Assembly: GCA_002269645.1 (NCBI GenBank)
Contig: NIVC01000051.1
Location: 813,440-877,439 of the forward strand
Direction: 5' to 3'
DNA: 64,000 bases
Origin: Macrostomum lignano
Taxonomy: Eukaryota
The position numbers and the translations under genes were made by a program. Below are positions 35,540 through 63,351 of this stretch, piece after piece; position 1 is the stretch's first letter; each line of letters opens with the position of its first letter. The notes under the pieces are model-generated. The model was not told the origin of the DNA. It did no database searches and saw nothing but the letters and a program-made list of their open reading frames with translations.

Positions 35540-36450
35540 CAACCCTAACCCTAACCTAAACCTTAGCCTAAACCCTAAACCAGGGGTCGGCAAACTCCGG
35601 CCCGCCAAGCCTCTTTATCCGGCCCTCTGGTCCTTTGAAACTTCACAATGGCAATCCGACCCGCTCAAGGTTTGTCTCTTCTCTTCTCTCACCTTCTCCT
35701 CTCTATTCATCACTCCTCTCCTCTCTTCTCCTTTTTAGCTATCTTAACTCTCTCTTCTCCACTCCCTCTTCTCTCTGCCCTCCTCTGACCAGCAGTCATG
35801 CGCTAGATTCTCTGTCTGGCCCTTAAGGTAAAAAAGTTTGCCGACCCCTGATCTAAACCTAAACCCAAACCTTAGCCTAAACCTAAACCTAAACCCAAGC
35901 AAACGTTAGCCTAAACCCTAAACCCAAAACCCAAACCTTAGCCTAAACCTAAACCTAAACCCAAACAAACCTTAGCCTAAACTCTAAACCCTAAACCCAA
36001 ACCTTAGCCTAAACCTAACCTAAACCCAAAAAACCTTAGCCTAAAACCTAAACCCTACACCCAAACCTAAGCCTAAACCTAAACCTAAACCCAAACAAAC
36101 CTTAGCCTAAACCTAACCTAAACCCAAAAAACCTTAGCCTAAAACTTAACCCTACACCCAAACCTTAGCCTAAACCTAAACCTAAACCCAAACAAACCTT
36201 AGCCTAAAACCTAAACCCTACACCCAAACCTTAGCCTAAAACCTAAACCCTACACCCAAACCTTAGCCTAAAACCTAAACCCTACACCCAAACCTTAGCC
36301 TAAACCTAAACCTAAACCCAAGCAAACGTTAGCCTAAACCCTAAACCCTACACCCAAACCTTAGCCTAAACCTAAACCTAAACCCAAACAAACCTTAGCC
36401 TAAAACCTAAACCTAAACCCAAACCTGCCTAAACATAAACCCAACCCTAA
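35540..36450. repeat. Telomere-like degenerate hexamer array (CCTAAA/CCCTAA/CCCAAA/CCTTAG) interrupted by a MITE
   Basis: Begins AACCCTAACCCTAACC and continues as mosaic hexamer variants. Confidence 0.85.
35581..35850. mobile_element. hAT (Charlie-type) MITE, 270 bp
   Basis: Perfect 15-bp TIRs CAGGGGTCGGCAAAC / GTTTGCCGACCCCTG; flanks CCCTAAAC and ATCTAAAC (6/8 match, possible TSD). Confidence 0.85.
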
Positions 36451-36519
36451 ATTCTCCGCAATCAAATGGCTGTCAGTGTCCTGTAGCTGTTAAAAATAAC
36501 CTAAAGTTTCAAATTGCAT

Positions 36520-38873
36520 TCAGACAAAGTGCCATTTGCCAACACTGTCTGGCACTCGACTTTCCGGCTTGTCATTAGCCGGTGCAGCAGCCGGAGCAGC
36601 GGACACGGCGGCATCGGCGGCCGGCTGGTCGATGCCGCTGGAGCTGCCAACAACCGACACATTGTCGCGGGCGATGCCGTGAGCATCTCCGCTGGCGCCC
36701 TGCATCATAGCCTGCCACTGCTTGTGCGTCTCCTCAATCACGCCCAGCGCAAAGTCCCTGTCCCGAAATTCTCCATTAAAAGCGAATTCGTTCGCCGGCT
36801 TGCCCTGCGGCATTTTGTAGACGCGGAACCAGCGCCGCGTGGCGTCCAGGAATCCCGGCATGGCGGCCTCGATATCCGCCAGGCCGTTCAGCTGACTGGC
36901 CAGCGGGTCCTCGGCGTCGATTACGAGAATCTTCCAGTCGGTCTCGCCTTCATCGATCAGGCCCAGCAGGCCGAGCGGCTTGACGCGGATGACCGAACCG
37001 CGGGGGTGCACCTGCGGGAGAGGGGATTTTTGATTGGGATTTTGAAATGGGATTTTATTAACTGTGACTCTGAAGTGGGGATTTTTGATTGGGATTTTGA
37101 AATGGGATTTTATTAACTGTGACTCTGAAGTGGGGATTTTTTATTGGGATTTTGAAATGGGATTTTATTAACTGGAACTCTGAAGTGGGGATTTTTTATT
37201 GGGAGTTTGAAATGGGATTTTATTAACTGGAACTCTGAAGTGGGGATTTTTGATTGGGATTTGGAAATGGGATTTTATTAACTGGAACTCTGAAGTGGGG
37301 ATTTTTGATTGGGATTTTGAAATGGGATTTTATTAACTGGGACTCTGAAGTGGGGATTTTTGATTGGGATTTTGAAATGGGATTTTATTAACTGTGACTC
37401 TGAAGTGGGGATTTTTGATTGGGATTTTGAAATGGGATTTTATTAACTGTGACTCTGAAGTGGGGATTTTTGATTGGGATTTTGAAATGGGATTTTATTA
37501 ACTGGGACTCTGAAGTGGGGATTTTTTATTGGGATTTTGAAATGGGATTTTATTAACGGACTCTTGAGTGGGGATTTTTTTGGGATTTTGAAATGGGATT
37601 TTATTATCTGGGACTCTGAAGTGGGGATTTTTGATTGGGATTTTGAAATGGGATTTTATTAACTGGGACTCTGAAGTGGGGATTTTTGATTGGGATTTTG
37701 AAATGGGATTTTATTAACTGCGACTCTGAAGTGGGGATTTTTTATTGGGATTTTGAAATGGGATTTTATTAACTGGAACTCTGAAGTGGGGATTTTTGAT
37801 TGGGATTTTGAAATGGGATTTTATTAACTGGGACTCTGAAGTGAGGATTTTAGTAATTGAGATTCTGAAGCGGGGATTTCAGTAACTGGGATTCTGATGC
37901 GAGTATTTTTGATTGGGATTCTGAAGAGGGGATTCTGGATTGGGATTCTGAAGCGAGGATTTTTTATTGGGATTCTGAAGCGGGTATTTTTTATTGAGAT
38001 TCTGAAGAGGGGATTCTTGATTGGGATTTTAAAGTGGATTCTTTTTAGGATTTTGAAATGGGATTTTAGTAACTGGGATTCTGAAGCGGGAATTTTAATA
38101 ATTGGGATGCTGAAGTGGGAATTTTAGATTGGCGTTCTGAAGAGGAGATTTTTTATTGGGATTCTCTAGAGGGGATTTTTTATTGGGTTTCTGAGGAGGG
38201 AAATTTTATTGGGTTTCTGAGGAGGGAAATTTTATTGGGTTTCTGAGGAGGGAAATTTTATTGGGTTTCTGAGGAGGGGATTTTTGATTGGAATTACGAA
38301 GAGGCCTTAATAACTGGAATTCTGAAGCGGGGATTCAAAATGTAATTATGAAGAGGGGATTTTAACTGGAATCAGGGATTTAATTAACACATGCAATCAC
38401 AGATTCAGGATCTGGGAAGTGTACAATCTGGGATCTGGGACGCATAATTCAGACATTCCAGCTCCCCAGACCACACAGCTGACCTTGGACCCAATCTCGC
38501 AGACGTCCAGCGGATCGTTGTCACCCTTGGCGCCGGTGCGCTCGTCCATGTGTCCGGGATCCTCCCAGGTCTGCGGCAGGGCGCCATAGTTCCAGATGTA
38601 GCCGTGGAATGGAAATACGTTATCAACGAATCGCAGAGCGCCCTTCTTGACGTCTTGCACAATCGGGTTCAGGCGCTGCTCCTTGCTAATCTCCATTTTG
38701 GCGTTGGTCCAACGAGGAATTTCAACGATCATGTTGAACTCTTTACTTGAGCTGTCGGCGTGCAGAGGAATGTCGTGGAATGCCGATAGAGGGCCGTTAG
38801 GACCGGTGATGTACAACTTGTAGTCTGACGTGTACACGGATCCGCGTTCAATAATACCGTAGCGACCGGACAT
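36520..38873 (-). CDS. PPA1: Soluble inorganic pyrophosphatase (family I), 2 exons, 293 aa
   Basis: Exons 38873-38484 and 37011-36520. [65 protein letters not shown]1 versus PPA2 orthology cannot be resolved here. Confidence 0.95.
37021..38340. repeat. 55-bp minisatellite grading into degenerate and ~26-30-bp subrepeats, pyrophosphatase intron
   Basis: Period of 55 (37036 to 37091); decays after ~37860. Confidence 0.92.
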
Positions 38874-39964
38874 GGTTTTGGCTCCAGAAATGATAGACGA
38901 TGCTAAATTTGGCGTACTCTGAAAGCTGCGAAGGCAACAACGTAGGTGGACTCTTCCTGACAGCAAGGCGAGGGCACTGATCACTGCAGTGTTAGGGAGT
39001 GTGCATATTTTTTTTCTCAAAAAACGCAATGATCAAACTCCAACACGAGATTGATTTAGATTTTGATTTATTGAGGCACTAACAAATTAAGGTTTGTCAA
39101 TAGTAATTAAATAATGATAATACCATTTCTATTACTCTGTTTCTATTATTAATAGAATAAAAAACTACTTACTTTAGAAATGCCGAGGCACGATTATAAT
39201 AGAATGAATTCGGGCAGTAAGACGAGGCGACATAAAACCTACTTACTACAGCAGGCAAACGAGAGCAAATAGGTGGCTAACGTTAAGTTGCAGGCCTTTA
39301 TGGTTAGAAGAGGGACAAGAAGGCCGAGAAGCTTAAGTGCGTTGTGCTAGCATTGGGGGCAGGAAGGGGGTTTACAGTGGAGAAGGAAGAGCGCTTAAGT
39401 GATAAATTCAGTTCAGTGGAAGGGGGTTAGAAAATCTAAATGTACATCTCTTTGATTCACCCCGCCCGCCCCCCTTCAAGGCCAAATAGTTTTCTATCCC
39501 GATTGCAACGCCTAAGCTCAACGTTTTCCGTCTCCCCAAAACGTCCGTCTCCCCAAGACCAACCCCCCATCCAAACAACCCGCGGCCTTTCACTCTGTAC
39601 ATTGGATCCTATCCTATATTTAGAATGTGGCGCTCACTCCCCCAAAACCTTTTTCTTACCCCTCCGTCCGCCAACCCTTTTACTATGCAAGCCGACGTCA
39701 GTCCAACGTATTGCATTAAACTGGTTTTATCTATTGCACTGTGGCTCCTTCGCTTGTCCAAAGCTTTTCCTTCGTATAAATTAAGATTAGAATTGTAACT
39801 GCTTTGCTCAACGGAAGTGTACCATTAAAGAGAAAGGTCTGCCCGCCCAGGGACCTTGTACACGTGTACAGATTTGCGTCATCAGACCAAACTAGCTCAG
39901 AGTTCTGCTGATCCGAGGTAAAAGCTAGTTATTTCAACACAATCATCGCCAACATCATCAGGCA

Positions 39965-41357
39965 ATGGTTGAATTTCAAAGCCAAGCTATGTCGAAGGCC
40001 TCTATTAAGGCCTACTTTATCGACAAAGAGGACAGGATTACAGAAATACGCCGATTTTCTGTATTGAATCCGCCCGACATTGCATGTCTGGTTGAAAAAG
40101 TTCGCGCACTATTCGATATCGACTCTTCGCAAAATGTCCGAATGCAGTGGCTAGGTAAGTGCGGTTATTTTAAATTTTAATCAAACTAACGCTTTCTATT
40201 GTACAATCCTAATCCTAATTAACACTTGCTTGATCGTCTCAGACTCCGAAAACGAACGAGTCACATTTTCAACTAGCGAAGAACTAGCGGACGCCCTGAC
40301 ATCATCAGCAATCATTGATGGCAGCGACGATGATGGCACGCTTCGAGTGTACATCAGCTGCCCATCTCCGTTGATTTCTGCATCTAAAAACAGTGTGATC
40401 CACCCGGACATCCTGTGTGACGGCTGTAATCAGCCGGTTCGCGGCTATCGATTTAAATGCGTCATCTGCCAAGACTTCGATCTGTGCTGTCACTGCGTAG
40501 TAATTAATAGACACTGCGAGCACCCCATGATCATGCTACGCCGGCCCAAGGATCCATTCATCTGCAAGCTGAGCAAATGGAATCGAAGCCAGTACGCTAG
40601 ACGGTGTAGGCAGGGCGTTAGTCAAGCCGCAGACGGAAGCGGAAGCGGCACCGGAAGTGTCGCCGGAGTTGGAACTTCCGGCGCAGCAGCAGTTGGATTA
40701 GGCGACTGTTCCAGTCTGCCCACAAACGATTGCTTGCGCGTATTGAAGCAACTAGAAGCGGCCGCTATGAAAGTGCTGCATCGTCAACATCATAGCAATA
40801 TGTCGCAGTCGCAGACTCCTTGTCCATTCTCTGATGCGGCTATGATGGAGGAGAACCGATGCTCGATGCCTCGGCGCGACTCCATAGCCTCCAGCCTGGC
40901 TGGCGGTGGGCCCGACAGTTTTGTAGACTGCTCCGGTATGTTGCAGCAGCAGCAGCAGCAGGAGTCCAAGGCTAATCAAGAGTCCATCTTGAACTTTGTG
41001 CACAATATGAGCAACTCGTTGAATGCCCTGCTGCAACCGTTAGGCATTGAAGTGTCTTATCATCATCACTCACCGAGCTCTCCTGGGGCCGTTGCTACTC
41101 CTTCGGATTGTCCGTTGCAACGGCCAGAATCGTCCGCCGCAATGATGACGGATGAAACTCCACCACAGGCGCAACCGCAACCACCAACGCCGCCTCCGCC
41201 TCCATTGCAGCGACGACCTCTGTCTGACACTGTGGCCAAGTCTTTGTGCCAGATGCAAGCAATGGGATTCACAGATGAAGACGGTAGACTAACCGAACTG
41301 TTATTGGCTGCCAATGGCGATATCTCGCGCGTATTGGATGAATTGAGACAGAATTGA
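39965..41357 (+). CDS. SQSTM1: Sequestosome-1/p62/Ref(2)P-like autophagy receptor (PB1-ZZ-UBA), 2 exons, 434 aa
   Basis: Exons 39965-40154 and 40243-41357 total 1305 nt. PB1: IKAYF..EIRRF..WLDSENERVTFST. ZZ: CDGC..GYRFKCVICQDFDLC..C. UBA: SLCQMQAMGFTDEDGRLTELL..NGDISRVLDEL. NBR1 is less likely because there is no FW domain. Confidence 0.88.
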
Positions 41358-42859
41358 ATTGATTAACAATACCAAGTGGTCAGTGCGAAACATCCCTGAT
41401 ATAGAACGTAGTAGATCAGAAGTTGAGTCCAGTACGAGTGTGTTAACGAGGATTTTTATCAGGAAAAAATTTAAAATGATTAGTAATACTTCCGATTTTT
41501 AAAGAAAATTCCTACTTCAAGTGCAGTTTATTTGATCTTTTGAATCTTCTATATTGTAAGCAAGTTTAAAATAAAGTACACCCTGGCTTTTTTAAGCGTC
41601 AGGATTGCAGCATCATTTGGCATCCTGCGTTTAAATTTGGATTTAACTTGATAAATTTTGAAGTTTGAGGTTCAAAATCAAGTAAAATATCAACATAACA
41701 CCTCTACCCTACCTTTACTCTGCTGAGCCTCTGACCCACAGAAGTTGCAGAAGTCTGCAGATTCCATGTATCCAGATAACTTAAATAGAAGTCTTAAAAT
41801 TCCTAGAGTATTTATTATAATAATAAAATTATTGATACCCAGAAGGACATATCCAGCTAGGAAAAAATCTGTGACCAAAATTAAGTTGATGTTATGACAC
41901 GCGTTATGGAACAGTAACTCCAGAGTACACCAAGAGTCAGTCTGATGCAGTTTGTCGCATTTTTATATAATTATTATGACTGATGTGAGAATTATAAATT
42001 TATATCAATAATTTTGTTCAAGCTTGGTTCATTGAGACTGTTTTCTGCTCTCCGCTGTACATTCAAGTGTTGTTATTAATGTGTCTGTACACAATGTAAC
42101 AGCGGATTGCATGGAAATCTGCTCTAGTGATCTGATTCTGGTATTTGCATATTTGAATTGTTTGTTTTGTTAATAACTTAATTTGTAAACAATTGACTTA
42201 ACTGCTACATGTAAATGTCAGCCTTTTTGTGTAATGTGTAATTACCAAAACATGTTAAACAAGTTATTAATGTTAACGTTAATCAAATACGAATACAGAG
42301 TATAATTGTCTTCAACTGGTTGCTAAACTATCCAAGAGGCGCAGCTGCAGCTCCCTACTGTGAATGATTAAAAAATTAATGTTGCTTCTAATGACTTTAC
42401 TCTTAAAACATGTGTTGTATACATCAACGATGACATTTTCGACGTCATTCGACCTTAAATTAAAGCTTCTAAGGTATAGCAACTACTTAAACAACTTCTA
42501 GGGTACAAGTGCTGTTGAAGTCTAGGTATACGTGTATTTTTATTCATTAGTTACATGGCATTGATATAGCGCATTTCTTTAATTTGCCAAGGGCAAAATG
42601 GGTGGGGGGACTTTTGGGGATACAAATTTCGTCTTCCCAAAATTTTCGCTGGGGCTCAGACATGCGGGGGCGTCGCATGCAGGTGGGCAAGGGCCCAAGA
42701 CTGATCCGCTTCTGTGGGATCATACTACGCCACACTTCCTTTGCAATGATTTGAGGATGAACAAGAAATTAATCGGAGTAAAAGAAATTCTCAAACAAAC
42801 TAGCTGAGAACTTGTTCACCGAGCAAATTCACAGAGAAACCCCCCAAAGAACACTCGTA

Positions 42860-43215
42860 GAATCTCTCAAGAAACTCTCTGAGAACTCTCAATTAAGGAA
42901 ACTCAAACTCTCTGAGAACTCTCAATTAAAGAAACTCAAACTCTCTGAGAACTCTCAATTAAAGAAACTCAAACTCTCTGAGAACTCTCAATTAAAGAAA
43001 CCCAAACTCTCTGAGAACTCTCAATTAAGGAAACTCAAACTCTCTGAGAACTCTCAATTAAAGAAACCCAAACTCTCTGAGAACTCTCAATTAAAGAAAC
43101 TCAAACTCTCTGAGAACTCTCAAAAGAAACTCCGAGGAGAGCTCCTCAAAGAAAATCTCTGAGCGCTCTCAAAGAATTCTCTGAGAACTATCAAAGAACT
43201 CTCTGAGAACTCTAT
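42860..43215. repeat. 33-bp minisatellite (AAACTCTCTGAGAACTCTCAATTAAAGAAACTC), intergenic
   Basis: About 8 clean units plus degenerate flanks. Confidence 0.9.
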
Positions 43216-45736
43216 TTTTCTATATTTTTAGTTTAAAGCGCCAAGTCTTTATATACTATACAATCTGAGCCCCAACCATAAAGGGTAAAGGAGCGCGTCA
43301 GGTACAAAAATAACTGCGCAATTTCTAGGAAACACTTGAATTATGCTGAGAGTTAGCAAGGCTCCTGCGGTTTAGCTAGGCTGATATTAAAAGAATGCAA
43401 ACGTACATAAATGCATTGGACAATTTTTTCTTGGTGTACATGTAGAACTGCTAGCTGCCAGAAGGGTATAGAGAGGTTTTACTAGCAGAGCGTGTTATGC
43501 GATAAAGCGTTGTGATAACGTTTTTGGATTTTAACAACTCGTACTTATACAGCTCACAACAAACAGATGCGACACGCGTTAAGTATACGCTTACTCTTGC
43601 ATAATCCACTTTCGAAGTTTGTATGCCAGCTTTAATAGGAAATCATATTAGGAATTGATGTACGAGCGTAGATTCCATATTTTATTATTTTAGTTGTCTT
43701 ACATGTAAGTCAAGATTCCTAATAATCCCTTGTACTGGAACAATTTGTGTCCTTGACTCCTCGAGCAAGACAATTAAACTCTGCATTGCTTAAGTTCACC
43801 TAAGATGTACGAGCTAAAATGGGTGCCAGCATTAGCTGGGGTAGTTGAGGGTGTGCGACCCTCCAGTCCTTGGACTGAACAGCCGTACGCAGCCTTCAGA
43901 TGCGCTCCGCAATAGCTGCGGCTGAGCTGTCGGTTGCACATCTGGCCATTAGGGGCAGGTGTATATAGCTATTATTTATTTCAACTTTCAAGATGATGAC
44001 TGACTGCTTCAGAGACAAATTGAGGACGCCCAGCAGTTTATGATTGTCCAGGTGTCTACTAAACGTACATGCATATAGATTGAATTTTTATTGTGTATCG
44101 AGATATAATCTTTAATGAATTAAAAATGTACACTGCGATCCTCATTAGGCTCAAATTTAATGGAAATAAACAAAAAAAACTAAGACGGAGGACAAAACAT
44201 TTTATAATGTATTAGTAACATTAACAATAATATAATTAAATAATTATAGTTTAATTTCTTCAAACATTGTTACACACACAAGAGGAATATTAGATAAAAC
44301 AAATATATATATAGCTGGCGGCTTCGACAGACAATAGTCGGAGTTAAACATTTAGTCTAATAACAATATAGCCAATATAACAGATAAATAAATCCTTCTT
44401 CAATTGAAACAAATAGGTCAAAATATTTCAAACAGGAAATGCATATATAAGACTAGAAAAGCACTTAGTTTTATTATAATAACGAACGAAAATTGTAGGC
44501 ATGCGATGCAACGTTGCTGTCACATGTACCCCCAAGGAAGCGTTTGTTATAAAAAAAGCGCCATTCCTACAGGTGAGCCTCGATCCTGGACAACAAACAG
44601 TGCAGGCGCGTTTCCGACACCCAAAGTGGCACCCAAAATTGCTGGACAACGAAAAATACATCGATCGATGCTGAATTATAAAGCGAAAAATGTTAAAACA
44701 CTTTGACCAGACAGGACAGGAATAATAGCAGCATAATATAGTTTTATACTAATGAATGCATAAAACGACTAGAATTGTAACCGCATATATAGAAGAGAGA
44801 AAAAAGTATGAAAGGCAAACAACAGGTAAAAGAGAAGCAGTATTTTGGGACAGGTTCTCAAAAAGGCGCGCTTTAAAAGCCAGCGGTAATAATCTTAGCT
44901 ATAGTTTCGGAACAACAGTGATGGCTGGCCATAAAATGCGATTGAAATATGCAGCACTATACGTGTATATGACGATTATAAGTCGTTTTTTGGTAGCCAA
45001 GTACGTAGGCAGGCAGACGCGGATTTTAAAGTGTTAGCTACATGTAAAAAATAATTTGGGCTAGCAGTTCCGTGTGGGTAGCTATAATTGAATTGGTTGA
45101 TTGGTTGACACTTTCAATAATTTACTATCATTAACACTTAACAGCTAACATTTTAATATTTAGATTAAAATACAAGCTTAATATATGAGATGAATAAGAA
45201 AATATTGCAAAATCAAATCAATTCAAAACAAATGCCCAATATTAGACGCATATTTTGTTGTTCTAAAATTTGCTTACTTGCTTGCGACTTTGCAGGCAAC
45301 TATATATCCATTATACTACTCGTAAAAATACTGAATGACCCTAATGTACGTCAGGCTGATACGTTGGAATGAACGATAACTAGACAAAGAAAGGCATCAA
45401 TTCCAAGGTTTAGATTGAGGACCATTGACAGCTACGGGGACTCAGTTACATTTAACTTAGTTAGTTGCAGGCTGCAAAAAAAAGCGGCAGTCCCATGAGT
45501 ATCATGTCTATTCCACTGACGCACCCAGTTATGTATTCATTCCAACTCTCACACAGGTGTACAGCACGTCCCGATCTTCTAACCGTCTGGCATGTACACT
45601 CTCTATGTCTTTGGGGTTGGCCCTTATGGGCAAGAATCGCACGATAACTCCCTATAGCTGGCCAATCCCGATGCACAAGCCCGAAGCCATGTAATACAGC
45701 GTGCTACAGTATACTGTTCTGGTGTAAAAAATTTCG

Positions 45737-60563
<14,827 letters not shown>

Positions 60564-61214
60564 CTGAAATTTTGGGCGATATGGTGGCAATGTGGAAGAC
60601 GACTTAATTTTGGAGCCCCCAGTCCTCCCCTGGCATCAATTTTGGCCCTTCTAACATTATCTGAGTAGGCCAGGCAGTTAAAACTGTAGAACCATGCATG
60701 CATATTCAACCAGCTGCAGGTATCCTTAGCCACAACCCCCCTCATGGAGAATAATTCCTAGTTTATGAACAATGTACACATTCCTTTTCTAGCTGGTTGC
60801 ATTATAAAGGCTTGAATGATTATCCTGCCTCACGTAGCCAACCCCAATCCAATCTCTCATGCCTAAGCATTTCCGCAGGACCAACCAACCGTCCGACAGG
60901 TGCAGCTTTGGTCAACAATTTCCCACTGCCTTAGTCTAGCCTACATGAGCATAGCCCGTGAAATATGGCTAAAGCAATATAATAAATGAGAGCTCTCCAT
61001 CCATTCAGGGCCCAGGTTTGACTTGCACTCGAGGAAAAGGCTGGCTGTGCCTACGCGGCAGTGAATAGATATGGGAATAATAGCTATCAATACATACCTA
61101 CGTAGGCAAAGGATATAATGTAGGAGGCTGGGGCTAGGCATGGAAACTGGGCAGACACCAAATTTTCTATTGGGGGCTGGTAGCTGTGGAACTATCCTCA
61201 TGAAAATCATTTCG

Positions 61215-62670
61215 CCTCAAACCGTCTCATTTGGCGCCTCACTGTCTCATTTGGCGCCTCACTGTCTCATTTGGCGTCTAACTGTCTTATATATGGCGCC
61301 TCATCTCATTTGGCGCTTCACTGTCTCATTTGGCGCCTCACCATCTCATTTGGCGCCTCACCGTCTCATTTGGCGCCTCACTGTCTCATTTGGCGCCTCA
61401 CTGTCTCATTTGGCGCCTCACCATGTCATTTGGCGCTTCACTGTCTCATTTGGCGCCTCACCATGTCATTTGGCGCCTCACCATGTCATTTGGCGCCTCA
61501 CTGTCTCATTTGGCGCCTCACCATGTCATTTGGCGCATCACTGTCTCATTTGGCGTCTAACTGTCTTATATATGGCGCCTCACTGTCTCATTTGGCGCCT
61601 CACTATCTCATTTGGCACCTCACTGTCTCATTTGGCACCTCATTGTCTGTTTTGGCGCCTCACTGTCTCATTTGGCGTCTAACTGTCTTATATATGGCGC
61701 TTCACTGTCTCATTTGGCGCCTCACCATGTCATTTGGCGCCTCACCATGTCATTTGGCGCCTCACTGTCTCATTTGGCGCCTCACCATGTCATTTGGCGC
61801 ATCACTGTCTCATTTGGCGTCTAACTGTCTTATATATGGCGCCTCACTGTCTCATTTGGCGCCTCACTATCTCATTTGGCACCTCACTGTCTCATTTGGC
61901 ACCTCACTGTCTGATTTGGCGCCTCACTGTCTCATTTGGCGTCTAACTGTCTTATATATGGCGCCTCACTGTCTCATTTGGCGCCTCACTATCTCAGTTT
62001 GCGTCTCACTATCTCATTTGGCACCTCACTGTCTCATTTGGCGCCTCACTGTCTCATTTGGCACCTCACTGTCTCATTTGGCGCCTCACCATCTCATTTG
62101 GCGCCTCACTGTCGCATTTGGCGTCTAACTGTCTTATATATGGCGCCTCACCATCTCATTTGGCGCTTCACTGTCTCATTTGGCGCCTCACTATCTCAGT
62201 TTGCGTCTCACTATCTCATTTGGCACCTCACTGTCTCATTTGGCGCCTCACTGTCTCATTTGGCACCTCACTGTCTCATTTGGCGCCTCGTTGTCTCATT
62301 TGGCGCCTCACTGTCTCATTAAGCGCCTCACTATCTCATTTGGCACCTCACTGTCTCATTTGGCGCCTCACTGTCTCATTTGGCGCCTCACCATCTCATT
62401 TGGCGCCTCACTGTCGCATTTGGCGTCTAACTGTCTTATATATGGCGCCTCACCATCTCATTGGCGCTTCACTGTCTCATTTGGCGCCTCACTATCTCAG
62501 TTTGCGTCTCACTATCTCATTTGGCGCCTCACTGTCTCATTTGGCGCCTCACTATCTCATTGGCACCTCACTGTCTCATTTGGCACCTCACTGTCTCATT
62601 TGGCGCCTCACTGTCTCATTTGGCGCCTCACTGTCTCATTTGGCGCCTCACTGTCTCATTTGTGCGCCTC
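61215..62670. repeat. 20-bp minisatellite (TTGGCGCCTCACTGTCTCAT) with recurrent variant cassettes
   Basis: Period of 20; the variant GGCGTCTAACTGTCTTATATA recurs seven times. Confidence 0.95.
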
Positions 62671-63351
62671 ACAACATAAATTTTGGCTTCAATGAAGCCA
62701 CTTCCACTCCATAAGTCGTTCGGAAATTCAAAAGTGCAAACAGTAATTTTGCAGCAAAAAGTCACTTATAGATTTCTCTTATATCTTATTGATGTCCGCA
62801 AACTCTAGGTATTAAAAAGGAGAGTTTAAAGTTCTATTATATGATATATTTTATTTTTCGTTAAATCTCGTACAAGTCCGGATCGAGTAAATTGATGTGC
62901 TTTAGGTTTTTAATAAGTATGGGTTTCTCCATCACCCTGACTGTGCCTGTCAATTTGCATTCTGCCATGCGTGTTAATTCTTTAAATCCATGTCATTATG
63001 CCTCTGTAGGAAGCTGTTTTTCGGTTACTGTACACTTTAGATCAAATTATCTGCGAGCGGGTTTTGTCAGAAAGGGGCGGAGCTGGTTTTGAGTTTGACG
63101 GATTTCTAATTAATCCTCAGTTTCGGGGAACTCGCGACCCCCCCCCCCTAGGGAGTTATCATCGTTCTAAAATCGCGTTCTAAAAATGATGAGAATTCGA
63201 ATCGAATGGTTAATAGGAGTTATGAGCGAGAGGCCACGCCCTTGCCAGAATCTGTAAACCTGTCTGTCTCTCCTGATGCTTACAGGGTTGATTGATATTT
63301 TTTAAGGTGGGTATTCTTTAGAGGTAACGCTAAGTCGCTTTGTAACCGCCA

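Noticed and set aside
38874-39029. Mitochondrial presequence extension of the pyrophosphatase
   Set aside because: The upstream frame starts at TTG with no in-frame ATG; the candidate upstream exon (donor ~39246) has an in-frame stop and no ATG. The ATG at 38873 has good context.
62892-63092. Upstream BLTP3 (Chorein_N) exon or small gene
   Set aside because: No frame resembles the expected N-terminal sequence and there are no convincing splice sites.
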